From Paraphysomonas bandaiensis (Eukaryota > Protista > Chrysophyceae), in contig CBFFRP010000423.1 of NCBI GenBank assembly GCA_965644295.1, forward strand, positions 124,001 to 188,000: a stretch of 64,000 bases of DNA. Reading direction: 5' to 3'. Under the pieces are notes generated by a model. It was not told where the DNA came from, ran no database searches, and worked only from the letters and a program-made list of their open reading frames with translations. Below are positions 35,801 to 48,644 of this stretch, in pieces (positions within the stretch are counted from its first letter, which is position 1; each line of letters begins with the position of its first letter). The translations under genes were made by a program, and so were the position numbers.

Positions 35801-38063
35801 ACTGCGCAGCAAGCTTCTCTTCTAAACGCCGTAAGTCCTCTCTTAGTGAAGAGATCTCATCCTGAGCCTTTCGAAGCTAGGACAGTTTTCTATAAAAATA
35901 AGTAAATTTGCAAATGGAATATCCTACCGAACGACGGGTTTGTTTCAGCTCAAGGACTTTATCGGCGAAAATCTCTTCATCACGCTTGAGATCCTCCCGA
36001 CACTCGGCTGCACGATAACGACACAAGGTCATGTAAATTGTCCAACAATGCAAACAATTGATATCTCAACTACCTAGTTCAATGCGTAGCTTCTGAATAG
36101 TCTTTGCAGCGGCGGCCGTGGTAGAAGTACTTCCCTGAACAACCGTCATGATAGCACGGAATAAACCACAAAGCAAATGCACCTCTATGGCCTCGGCATC
36201 AGATGCCACGCTACTACTACTACTTTCTCGGACAAGAGACGCCACATCTTCCAGTATTGAGGAACAATTATGTAGACTACAGACCGTGTCTTCCCATGCC
36301 TCTCCATGGCATGAGTCCATCTGAAAAGCTCCAGAGTCAACCCCGCCATCGAAATACTTCACTGCTTTCTGCAACACATGCTGCACTCCCACAAGCCTAT
36401 CGATGATGATTCCTCGTTTTTGGGCCCCTATTATATCTGCAATCTGTGGGACACCCGTCCTTCCCTTGGCACTCTCAAGGGCCATCATTTCACGCTCTTT
36501 GAGTTGCGCCTGGGCCTGAGAGAGTTGTAGTCGCAGGGCCTCAACAATCCCATCCTCCACAGCAACTTGCGCGACAGTTACATTGGCCTTGACCTATACA
36601 CAGTATCTATTAGTGTATATTACCTTGAAACACAAATATATGCGAATATAAAATACATTAACATTCGTCACCTTATTCTGAACAGCCCTGGCGCGGCTGG
36701 CATATTGTAGTGTTGTAAGGGTTTCGTGCATATCACCTTCAGCCGGAGAAACACAAGCTATCATGGCAGTTCTACTGTTCCCACCTACGTCTATCATCAG
36801 TATAGCAATACTAGATTTCTATTACAGACACAACACCTAGAGAGTCTTGCAGGAATCTTGTCAGCTTTGACTCCCGATAAGGTACATGCTGAGAAGTTAT
36901 CCCAGAGGTCTAACGGCACATTCGTAAATAAAGATATCTACTCGTGATGCACCCAAAATACATCAAAAGGTACGTACTTTGCTAGCTGGAGTGGTCAGGG
37001 CACGTATAACTTTCCCTAATGAGAGCAGGCCCTGATTAATTCCAACACTCTCCTTCAATCGTACCCCAACTGCTCCTGTGCGTTTGGCTCGCTCAGATCC
37101 TATCAACATGAGACGTTAGCTGTTCACAACTATAGAATGCAAAATATTACCGGCTAAGTCGACTAGGTGTAACTTTGAGTGAATATAAGAGCTGATTTCA
37201 GTCTTTTTGCCACCATCTATATCCTGCTCCTTCCCATCTTCCTCTTCCATTACCTGCCGACTGTGATCCTACATTCACAGATATTTCTAAAAGAAAACCT
37301 TGCATTCATATATCTCCATTGACAAAGTGAATATGGCGTGAGAACGACTGCTGGCATCGTTCATCAGTGTCTCTCCAGTAGTTCTATTAAGGGCCCCCTG
37401 CTCCAAAAACCTGAGAAAATATGTTACAAGCGGGCGTGAAATATAATTATATTACTTAAAAACATCCTCTGCGCAGGTAATAACTTCCTCTCTTGCACCG
37501 GTGAAGAATATACGACCCATGTTATCCTCGCGAATGGCTATATCTCTAGGTGGAACATCGGGGTGTATTAAATCACGTATCTCTTCATTATATATCTCCA
37601 AGAAACTGATCCGTTGGTTGATCACTTTGTTCGAATGTTCAGTAGACATGAGATGGTAAAGAAGTCGGACCGCTCGTGGAATAATCCCCTCATCTTCAGT
37701 TGATAAAAGCTCCACCGAAGAACCCATTGTATACGTTTTCCCTAATAGATAATCATTTTACAATACAATTTCCTTTCAATATTAACATTAACCTGATCCA
37801 GTTTGACCATATGCTAATACAGTTGCATTATATCCTAAAAAACATCCTTCTACAAGTTGTTGTACACAATTTTTAAATATAATATCTTGATTTGTATTCT
37901 CATCAAATATTTGATCAAATAAAAATTCTTTACCATTTCCTACAATAATTTTTCTTTTATCACTTGAATATGTTACACATTTTTGATGTATATGTTGTAT
38001 AATTTCTTTTGATATTAATGGTCTACATCGTACAAAAACTTGAAATCTTTCAATATCTGACAT
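32826..38063 (-). CDS. Kinesin-4 family (KIF4/KIF21/KIF27-like) motor protein, multi-exon
   Basis: AYGQTGSG|KTYTMG P-loop, [62 protein letters not shown], followed by a long coiled-coil stalk. Confidence 0.92.
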
Positions 38064-38505
38064 ATGTATCAGTTATGAATTGAATATGATACTATGGATG
38101 GATGTATGGATGGATGTATGTATGTGTGTAGATGGATGTGTGGATATGGATAGAGGGATATCTTAATAGACAATAGATTGTGATGTAAAAGAATAGAATA
38201 GATAGATAGAGGACAATAAGCTTATCCACAATGAGTTTGAATGATATTATATCATGTTATATTAATGATATAAGAGTATATTGAGATGTTGATATATGTG
38301 TATATTTGAAATATAAAATAGAGACTTTAACGCATATAAACATGTATATAAATAGGGAAAATTGGGATATATAGAGGGTGGGAATTTAAAAAATAGGGGA
38401 TTTTTTTGGTGGAGTGTGTATATTTTGAGGTGTTGGAATGATAAGTTGAATAAAATGGTGTATGTAGGTGTGTAAAATGGTAGATGGGTGTATAAAAATG
38501 GGGGG

Positions 38506-38710
38506 CTCTATTCTCATAATGCCGGTTCTCGCATCGGATCCAAAGGACCCGCCGATCTTCAATAAATGACAGCCCGAAGGCAGATCATTATCAACTTCCC
38601 GCTCAAGCGAGACCGACTTTATACGATCATCAAATAGAGATTGGGTGTCTATTTTGAATTGATAGACGTGGAGAAAATACTATACAAAGATTCTGTACAA
38701 GTATGATCTT
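38506..38710 (-). ncRNA. U3: U3 snoRNA
   Basis: Minus strand begins AAGATCATACTTGTACAGAATCTTTGTATAG (boxes A'/A), then TTGATGA (C'), GAGCGGGAAG (box B), a cUUCGg hairpin, TTGAAGATCG (box C variant), a central stem GTCGGTCTCGC/GCGAGAACCGGC and terminal stem CTCTATT/AATAGAG. About 205 nt, with a TATA ~25-33 nt upstream. Confidence 0.88.
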
Positions 38711-39400
38711 GATTCAGTTGGTGCTGTCATTGCTATTTATATAGTTTATATTATTCCCAAAATATAAATTATGTAAAATGTATTAACCTATATAGGAGTA
38801 TACCATGGTATACACTGTATATCTCTTGTATACTATGGGTTGGTTTGTATATATATCGGTAGTAGGTATGTAGAGTGTATGTATGTATGTATGTATGTAC
38901 AGTATGTATGTATGTACAGTATGTATGTATGTACAGTATGTATGTATGTAGAAGTATGTAGGTACAAAGGTAGGAAGGTACAGAGTATATGTACTGTATA
39001 TAGCGAGCATATATACAGTCCCGTATAGGGTAAGATCACGTCCTCTCTATTGACCTGATCATATGTATATATATCCACACTCTGATCATATATACATATA
39101 TGCACACATAAAAGACATTCAATACAATCTATTCAATGTAATCATATCTATTCATGATATTCATATACATTGATAAGACTATCTAATAGTAATTAAGTAG
39201 TATACAACAGCTGTTACACATCCCTTTCAACATACAGTAAGATACATACATATACACACTTATATGAATCATTTACTCATTCAATCACTGTAAGATATTA
39301 CTGTATTCAACTATTATACATTACTGTATATTGTTACCTATTCAACATCATATTCATTATTGAATATCTATATATCATTTGTGTATAGTTTGAGACTACT

Positions 39401-41459
39401 ATGCTCAGAAGGTTTAGTGCTTATAGAAGCAAAGGTGAAGAACAATCACGTGGTTACTTAAAAGTTCTCTTTCATGTGGATGGTATATACTAGTTTTTAC
39501 ACTGTAGATTGTCTGATATTATGTTCTAGTGAGCTCTGTGCATGTTCAAGCTTCAGATATAGTTACAGACGACAGTGTTCTCAGTGCATGTTTTGTGAGC
39601 GGTGGTAAAATGGCAGCAACATCGGACCAGGAACTGACTACTGTAGAGAGTGGTGATTTTCTGGCTAATTTCGACGAGAGATTATCTCTAGTTGTAAATG
39701 TAACATCTGAGGGTGAAGGGAAATATCAGGTACTGTGTTTTATTCGTCATAAATCGTCGTCATAGTGTTTCTATAGTCGAAGAGAGGAAAGATCGTCATT
39801 CGACAAAGAAAAAAGAACTCTACTGGCCCAGAGTACTCGTATGATGGTGTAGGCAGCATTCCTATTCCCCTGGACGATATGATATCTGCCGACACACGTG
39901 ACCCTGTCTCTCCTGCACAGAACATTAGCCTTTTCGTCACACAGGCTGGGGACAGTAAAAAGGGCGCAACAATAAGTATCACCGTCACATCGAAAATTCT
40001 CTCTGTGGTAGGTTGTTTAGTACAAAATCTTTGGGTAGTGATATCTCATATTCCTGTAGGGAGAAAACTTGGGCGATGAGGGTGAGCTCTCAGGATCAGA
40101 CCAGGAGGATGAGGACTTTATGTCCATCGCTGCAGATTTCACCCGATCCGAGAACAATGCCATTGTACCGTCAGTAGAAAACGGTGGGGGAACTGATAAG
40201 TCCAAAGAATCTGTCTCCATCGGTGAAGGCAATGACTCTCAGGCTGAATCATCAAGACATGATGAGGATGATGAGGATACCGTTCACAAGCGTAGAGGGA
40301 GTCGGAAGCATCGTAGAGGATCTCGCCGTTCTGATGAGGAGAATGCATATCGCGAGCTCTTGGCTCAGTACTGGGAACTTCAGCAGCATACTGCATTAAA
40401 AGAAGAGAGAATCGCTCGACTTGAAACAGAGATGGTGGAACTTATTGAAGGGCTTAATATGCGCAAAGGCAGTGCGGCATCCTCTGGTGGCACTGTTGTG
40501 GAATTCTCTGCCCTTAAGGACCTAACTGTTACCCTCAAAAAGAACATGTGGAAGGAACAAACCGCCAATGAAGCTATTCGAAAAGCAAACTCGCGGGCAG
40601 ATGAGCGCATGGCAGCGGCATTGGCAGAGGAGAAAGAACGAGCAGAAAAGCTTCAGGAAGAATACGTAGAGGCATGCTTGCAGATTAAGCAACTAGAGGA
40701 AGAAAACAGGTCAGATGAGTGTCTAGTATTTCCCACTTTTTGTAGAGTGATGTGCCCGTATGTTCGTTGCTTGCCTTTCGTCTTGTTTTGATAGATGCAT
40801 ACAGTGCGTTGCAGAGTCAGATAGATGCGAATGCTGCCATTCTCTCCACACCAGGAAGGGAACATCTACAAAGGCATCTTGATTCTCTGGACTTCTCCTC
40901 ACCGTCATTACGTGCATCCATGTCGCTCTCACCTCCTGCGACTCCGGTATCTTCCCCGCTTCCTACATATGGCAAGGCTGCTGAATCGGAGGTTTCAGGA
41001 AGTGTGCGAGAAGAAGGCACAGACAGCGAGAAACGTGTTCAGACACAAGACAGTGTTGGGAGCGTCACGAAGGAGGCTGTAGTTCAAGATCTCGTTACCA
41101 GCAAAATGCTTCTGGCGAGTATGGCAACAGAGCTACAAGAGGAGAAACATATGGTTGCTGTTCTCTCCCGTCAGAATCAGAAATACGCAGAACGGGTATG
41201 GTATATTTATTAGTGCTCCCTTGTGTGTTCTCATGTACCTTAGCTCGCCAGTCTAGAGGTAGCTGCAGTTGTTCAGGCGGAAGCTATCGAGGAGCTTGAA
41301 CGCGACCACTCTCAACCCGCCCAAAGTTCACGTGGATTGTTTAGGCGGCGAACAAGCAGTCATGACCACTCGTCTAGCACGACACCTCCTACAAGGGGGT
41401 CTTTAGCGACCCCTCCAGCCTCTACCGGAAATATGAAGCGCCGAAGTTCGATTATATGA
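39401..41459 (+). CDS. NT-type C2 domain (EEIG1/EHBP1-like) + coiled-coil protein, multi-exon
   Basis: Beta-rich N-terminus (SGGKMAATS..ANFDERLSLVV..GKYQ|SKRGKIVIRQRK) resembles NT-C2; C-terminal heptads; last exon ends KRRSSII* at 41459. Confidence 0.6.
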
Positions 41460-41859
41460 TGTGTTGGATAGTTTATAGTCATACGCGTTTATTTTGATGA
41501 GTTATGGTTAGTTTTGGATTACATTTTAGGCTGTAGATCGTCTTACTGAATTCTGACGAGTGTCGAATAAATATATTTTACTTAGTTATTCGTGCGATAT
41601 GTCCTACTCATTTTACAAAGGTATGATGAATTATAACAGTAGAATATTTTCTGTGATAAGGAGTGCATTTTAAACTCGTATAATTAGATAACAGATAATG
41701 CCTAAAAAATGAATTCGCCCTACTATACAACGCTGCGAAAGCTGCACCAAGGTGCAACCACTTTTGCTCTATCACTCAAATCAAATGTAGTGATCAAACA
41801 GAACGTTGATATACAAGACATCTGCTGGTGACTTCCATCGGTGGGACTCGCGCTGAGTA

Positions 41860-42120
41860 CGCACCTATAGTACTTTTCTAATGAAAATCGAGGGTACCTA
41901 TGTACCTATTAGGTACCTCTGCTACAGTCTACCTACTACCTATAAATAATAGGTACATTTTGAGCAGTAGGTAGTAGGTGGTACCTATAGGTTTTCGAAT
42001 AGGTGCCACCAATAGCTATCCATTATACTTAAAGGTACTCCCTAATACACGTACCTAATAGTCTCCCTATTGGTGGTACCTATGACCTCTAAATTTTCTT
42101 ACTGATAGGTATCCCTAGTT
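41860..42120. repeat. Cluster of short (T)AGGTACC(TA)-like motifs in both orientations
   Basis: More than 10 taggtac/gtaccta variants in 260 bp; a smaller similar cluster is at ~1315-1372. Confidence 0.55.
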
Positions 42121-42410
42121 ATATTAAAATATATATCATTGGAGGAATGTAATGAAGAATATTCAATAATTGTCGTGTAATTTGAAGACCAAGATTAGAT
42201 ACTATCCCGCCAAGTTGTTTTCCAAACAGTCTTTGTAGATGACTGTATCATTTGGACGGGAATCAGCTGAAGCATGGAAGAATGGTAAGTATTTATTATT
42301 GCGACAATTTATGTCATATTCTGTTGAAAAGGTATCAGTCCATGACAGCATCAAGTTGACAACGAGGGGTCGTATATGCAGACTGCCATTGAGGCAGTAT
42401 GCATCATGAT

Positions 42411-42599
42411 TGGAGCTTACGACTTCGACGAAAACGAAGATCCTGGGGCCTTTATGTACCGGAGACGAGCACAATGGTTGAGTCAACGCGTTCTCGTGGA
42501 GGACCTAAAAGCATTTGTTGAGTCGTTGACTCAACCATTGTGCTCGTCTCCGGTCCATAAGGCCTCTCATCTTCATTTTCATCGAAATCGTAAGCTCCA
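42411..42599. repeat. Imperfect inverted repeat, ~78-bp arms (42411-42488 / 42524-42599), 35-nt loop
   Basis: Inner 31 bp perfect (accggagacgagcacaatggttgagtcaacg / cgttgactcaaccattgtgctcgtctccggt); outer part diverged. Confidence 0.9.
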
Positions 42600-42618
42600 G
42601 TTCTCACAGTTTTTAGAC

Positions 42619-42974
42619 ACAGTTCTCACAGCGAATGAGCTCAGCATTGGACGCCAGAGCGCCGAATAACTCTCCACTCTTCCAGGCTTCCGTTTTTATG
42701 CGCCTGGACAGTATCGTCTGCCCACTGGTGGATACTTATAGTTGGGTTTAGGTCGTAGACAAGAGATACAACTTTTCATAGTGCACTTGCACTTCCCGCA
42801 ACGCAAGTGCACTATGAAAAGTTGTATCTCTTGTCTACGACCTAAACCCAACTATAAGTATCCACCAGTGGGCAGACGATACTGTCCAGGCGCATAAAAA
42901 CGGAAGCCTGGAAGAGTGGAGAGTTATTCGGCGCTCTGGCGTCCAATGCTGAGCTCATTCGCTGTGAGAACTGT
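42619..42974. repeat. Perfect inverted repeat, 172-bp arms (42619-42790 / 42803-42974), 12-nt loop
   Basis: Arms read as exact reverse complements around the spacer acttcccgcaac. Confidence 0.95.
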
Positions 42975-43459
42975 ATCCAATGTCCTGGACTGGATATTTT
43001 TGTGCCTGAAAGTCGAGTTGGACGAAGAGTTATATGGAGGCATCCTGGCTTATCGAGGTGAATCATCTGACTGTTTGGCGCGGAAGTTGTTATCCATTGC
43101 TGTGTTGACAAGGCTGTTTCTGCGCCTTTGCAGGTGTGAATTGTGATATTGAGTCACGATGACATCACATGTGTGAAATTCATATTCACATACTCTCCAA
43201 TTCATAGAATATACATACTTCCTCGCACTTCACGTACTTCTTTGCTTTCATTGCTTGGATTGATATATCCTGTGTACGGTAGTACACAGTAGAGGGGTAC
43301 ACAGGTACAGTGGTATACAGTAGTGTACTGTATATTGTATATATATGGCATATATTCTCCAATTTTAGAGTTACCAGATCCAATGATGCCTAAATATAGG
43401 CATACTTCTGTCAAAAAAACACAGTATTTTATACTTTCATGCAGAGTTCAGTAAAAAAA

Positions 43460-43506
43460 GACTTCCGCGAGCGGAACGAGAGCGGGTGCGGTGTATGACC
43501 GTCCAT
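43460..43506 (-). pseudogene. Possible truncated 5S rRNA-like fragment (5' ~50 nt)
   Basis: ATGGACGGTCATAC-ACC-GCACCCGCTCTCGTTCCGCTCGCGGAAG resembles the eukaryotic 5S 5' half (..ACGGCCATACC..GCGCCCGATCTCGTCTGATCTCGGAAG); TATA upstream and T7 downstream. Confidence 0.35.
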
Positions 43507-43754
43507 ACTGAGTCCACTCAATTTTATATATAGAAAACCATTAAATAAGGGGTTTTATATAGAAACTCTATTTGGTCATTCTTTTTTTTAGAAACTTTTC
43601 CAAGTTTTTTCTTGAAATCTATATTAAAAAGTAGTGTTTGGTTCCTATGCATTCATCCACACAATCATCGAATACATACACTATCATCTAGATGTATATA
43701 TAAACGGAGGTCATTGTTCATTATTTAAGGATTATATTAAGAAATAAAGACATT

Positions 43755-46700
43755 ATGACAAGTGATAGTGATAGTGATAATGAAGAGTTTCTTATGTCCC
43801 CTGGTAGTGTACCAGGTGTTATCATAGATGATAGCCCTACAGTGATACCGTATAAGTATAAGCCAATCCATCATTTTCAGATTGAATTCATACGTAAAGA
43901 TTATGAAGGAATACAAAACTTTACTGTATCTCAAATTGATGAAAATATCAAACAAATGGCATTAAATATTATACATGGACAGTATATAGATGTCATCTTA
44001 TCTGATACAACATTAAACTATACACAACTTTGTTCTATATGTTCATCTTCTAATAATGTACCTGAAGATATTCGTAAAGTTGTATCTACTTTTATTCATA
44101 GTAAAGAAAATATTGAGTGGGCTACAATGGAGTGTATGCTTTATGCATATACCTGCTTTGAACTCTACTGTCAGATGAACTACACAGGCCCTGAATTGAC
44201 AATGAAAGAGTTGGATAAACTAGGCTGTGGTGAGCACAGCAGTATTTCACACTCGAATGTGTTAATGAATCTGGAATGTGATGGGAATTACCCTTTCAAG
44301 GGCTGTGAGCTTGTCCACATGCTCCTCATAGCTCGGTCTATACTACAATTTTTAGCTGACCCCACGAGAGCTCCATGGCAGCAGGGCATTACACTTGACT
44401 GTTCTGGTGCAGTTATCACCCCACGCATATCTGACACTCTGGATATTTCCGTTGCTCGTGCGTGCAGGGCACTCTGCATCCGCACCTGGCTAAGTGCCAG
44501 GGTGTGTCTTGTGCACCTTCGGCTGCTGCAGAAACAAATATACACAGAGAATCCGACACTCTTTCACGAATGTGAGAACATGTTCAATACAGCAGAGGCG
44601 GATTTAGATGGGGTATTCAGCAGTTTACCACCCACTGAAAAACCCCAATGGCGAAAGGGTGAGACTGCTCCTGTACCAGTTGAAGCTCTGAAGGCGCAAC
44701 TTCTCCTCGAGCGTGGCATTTCTTATCATTTCTTCGATTACAAAGATAAGGTAAGATCACGTTTTATCCCAAGCTGATGTTACAGCACGTACTATTTTCT
44801 TACTCAGGGTAAGAATTACTTCAACTTGGCCAGAGAGCAAGTTCGCCTGTCAGTGAAACTTACTGCAGCACTTGGAAAGCGTACTAAGTATCAACAACAA
44901 GATCACGCTCAGCTTTTGCTGGTGTGCCGTTCATCCCTAGCTGGAGAAATTCCTGCTCCTCCTTCTATTCCATCTACAGCAACTAATGTGGAAGAAATTG
45001 AGAAGTCAGCGGAAGATGGGCCTGAGACTGATAGTCACTCTGCTGAGGGCTGGGAGCATGGGAAATTCGAAATGGGTCGACGTGTGGTGACCGAGGGAGA
45101 TGGCGGGGAAGAGGTGGCTATCCGGTCGGTTAGACTAGATGACGTTGACGGAGGCGCTGCGGAGAATATTCTGCTCGAGCAAGGGATTGCGTTTTCTCAG
45201 GACCTTAAGAAAGGGGGCGAGAATGGAGATGTTTTGGAGTCCACCCTGCTACACCCTATTGACCAAGCTATTGTGCTCGCGTTGTGCTTAGATGTCGGCA
45301 ACAGCAATCCGGCGGTAAGTTTTTACATATGCTGAGGAGAGTTAGCTTATGTTGATGTAGGATGGGCTCACGACTGAGGAAATGCACCCGTATGTACGCC
45401 TAGTTTTGAATCAATACCACACACACCAAGCGCATTTAGAGGAGATCGAAAAGGCCAAAAATAAGGCAAGTTGGATTCATATTCATAAACCTGGTGCATC
45501 AGCAAGTGATGTGCCAATACCTGAGTACGACGGTGATGTCGTGGAGCCCCACCTGAGTTGGATGACGTACTCTACTGCTCTACTGGAGAGGTCTTATTTG
45601 GAGTTCGAGAAAAGACGCACTATGGAACGTGCTGTACTACAGGTAAAACTGATAATATGGCGCATTGAGTCCCAATTAAGCGATTGTATGCTATATATGA
45701 TGTAATGACCAGTAGAATGGCGTAATGTCTTCGTCATATTTTCACCCCTTTCGTTCAGATTCAGGCTTTACTGGATCAACATACCACTCGCTTGACAGCA
45801 TTCCAACCTGATCAGAGCATGATCAAAGCTGCTGCCCCTGCGCATGAGAGAATCAAGTATCTTCCTTGTCTTATTTACCCTGCACAGTATGAAATTAAAA
45901 GAGACCTAGCGCAGCGATACCTGAGGTATTCGGTACAATGTGTCATTAACGTCTTCAACATATTGTGCTTCAGATGCCAAGTGTTTAACAGTGCGTTGAA
46001 TTTGTTCAAGGAGCTAGAGATGTGGGACGAAGTGGTCACTTGCTTTCAGCTGCTACAAAAACCGCACCGAGCAGAGTTGCTTGTAAGAGAACGTTTGGCT
46101 GCCGGTGAAGAGACTCCCTACATGATATGTGCACTGGCGGATCTAACGCAGGTAATTTGCTAAGGCGTGAGCTTATGCGTACTCATATATATGTAGAACG
46201 AAGAGTTGTACGAAAAGTCGTGGGTGATTAGCAAGGGTAGGTACGGGAGGGCCAAACGCACTCTTGCCCGGATCTGCTTTGACAGGTATCTTATGTTATT
46301 TGTCGAGACATTGCTATCACAGGGAATTCTGAATGTTTTTGTAGCGGTAGATATGAAGAGTGTTGCGCCCACCTTGATGCTGCACTTAAAGTCCATCCTC
46401 TTGTTCCTACGGCATGGTATCTGAAGGGAATTGCGTGTATGCGGCTAGAGAATTGGGCTGAAGCTATTCTCGCCTTTACTCGCTGTGTACAACAGGATAT
46501 AGAGATTGGTGAGGCTTGGGCTAATATCGGTGCTGTACATATGCGACTCACTAACTGGGCAAGAGCACTGGAAGCTCTTCTTGAGGCACAGAAGCATAAG
46601 CCCAGAGAGTGGAGGATCATCGAGAATTTAATGATGACCACTTTAGAGATGGGAAGGTGAGACTCTTGACATATCCGGTTACGGTGTGTATGAAAACAGT

Positions 46701-47620
46701 CCATGTTGTACAATGGTTATTACTACTGTCGAATCTAATATTCTGCTTACTTTGTAGACTTCGAGAATGCGTGGTGCACATGAATGCACTCTTAGACCTT
46801 CGTATGACTTCGAATCGCCCAGTACACATGTATGAACTCAGAAAGCTCATTTGTGTTGTGGCACTACATACGACTCAACATGTCCGTGCTAATATGAGAG
46901 AAGCGCCTGTGCCTACACCATGTAGTGAGCAGGACCTCTCACAACAATTACCACCCCTTTCGCAGGACGTTGAGAAACTTCTAGTTCGTATTATCAACAC
47001 TCTGAAGAGTGACCCAGATATGTGGGATACTGTGGCGCGCTATCATAGTATCATATCCACCGGAGGCGAGGGAATTAGTAGTGATCCATCAGAATCCGAT
47101 ATTAATCCCCCCAGCTCCCCTGTCAGTAATTTTGACGCTGAGTTGAGAAGAAGAAGCCGAGCGGCGGAGCGAGATGTCCGAGTAAAGCATGTATGTGGAC
47201 TACGTATGCTTTGTACGTTCCTCACTATCTTTATCCTTAAAGCTCCGTTGTATGATTCAATACCCAAGCTGGGAGAAGGATGACAAGAAGGTAAAGCGGT
47301 CATGCTTGTTGGGTTTTATATCTTACGTCACGGGTTTATTAGATCAAGGAAATCATTCGCGTTGCAAAAATATCCCGGGAATGCTTCCAAACGGACGAGG
47401 TAGTATTGCCCATCTATTAGTCGTCCAATATAATAGTTTACCATGATGAATATTACAGGCATCCAAGGCAGACATCTACGCACTGAAGTCTTTACTAGGT
47501 TCTGCAATGGGTACCCTGATAACGTATTACCAACAGAGCTCCTACACAGGAGATAAAAGTGCGATAGGTGATATTGGAGAGATAGTTGACAGTTTAAACC
47601 AACAGTATGACCAAATGTAA
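43755..47620 (+). CDS. TTC27: Tetratricopeptide repeat protein 27 (Emw1 orthologue), multi-exon
   Basis: QMNYTGP, LTAALGKRTKYQQ, NSNP|DGLTTEEM, WMTYSTALLERSYLEFE..TMERAVLQ, EAWANIGAVHM..WRIIEN TPRs; stop at 47618-47620. Confidence 0.88.
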
Positions 47621-48611
47621 AGAGTGTCTATCTAAACGAAACAGTTAGTATTTCTTTAGTGTCTAGAACTCAATACGGACTGAACAAGCATGAAATATTA
47701 TGATGAAAACTTAAACTCAATGAAATTCTAAATACTTTTAGTAGGCTCAACTACAAAATTTTATACGTTCAATTACTATTTTTAGCTTAGTAGGAACAAA
47801 GGGAAAATTTAGTAGGTTTAAAATGGCACCTCGCTATTGCAACAAGAAAACATTTAGTCTGACCTTGCGAATTGTGAGTTCATTTTCGAGTCAAAAGAAA
47901 CATATTGGAAGAACTTTTTTTATTCACGCAAAGAGGAGCACCAGGGTGGTGTATGTGAGAAGCCTTGTACATTGCGTTAGTTTTTGGATGGAAGTGAATC
48001 GTCTGGATGAATTCGACCATCATTGGAAGTTTAGTGGTGAGAGTAAATATTGGAATAAGCGACGAACAATTGATGAATCAGAAGTAGTCAAATTGGCAAG
48101 TAGGGTGTTTTTTCAAGAAAAAAGGTAAAAAGACTGCTCCAGTAATAATAGAGCGATTCTTATTCGTTTGATTGACAAAAATGTTCCTTCAGGATAATAT
48201 TCGCTTGTTTTTTACGAGTGCAGAGGATTAGTTTAAACTATCCAAACATTCTATAGGAAAAGATGAGTTCGGAGCTATCCATATTGACATCACGGAGACT
48301 CCTGGAACTTTCAGGTCTTGAAGAGTATGAATCATGAGATCCCAATAAAACTACAGCGATTTAGAATTTATGAAACTAGATTAACAAATAGACCACTGCT
48401 GATTAACATCTGACAGATTTTAAAGTAATCATACATGACTAACAATAGATTAGACTTATAACTATTGAGATCCTCGTCATCATATACTACACACATAGGA
48501 GTTATATCTTTCTAAGAGACAGATTAGTGATACTTTGTATTGTCAAAAACACTGATATTATATCGAAATTCCTCTTAGAATATATACGTAGACATCTCTC
48601 TGCTCTCTCTG

Positions 48612-48644
<33 letters not shown>

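Noticed and set aside
47823-48128. 101-aa ORF downstream of TTC27
   Set aside because: No recognisable motif or splice partners; may be a decayed fragment but cannot be supported.
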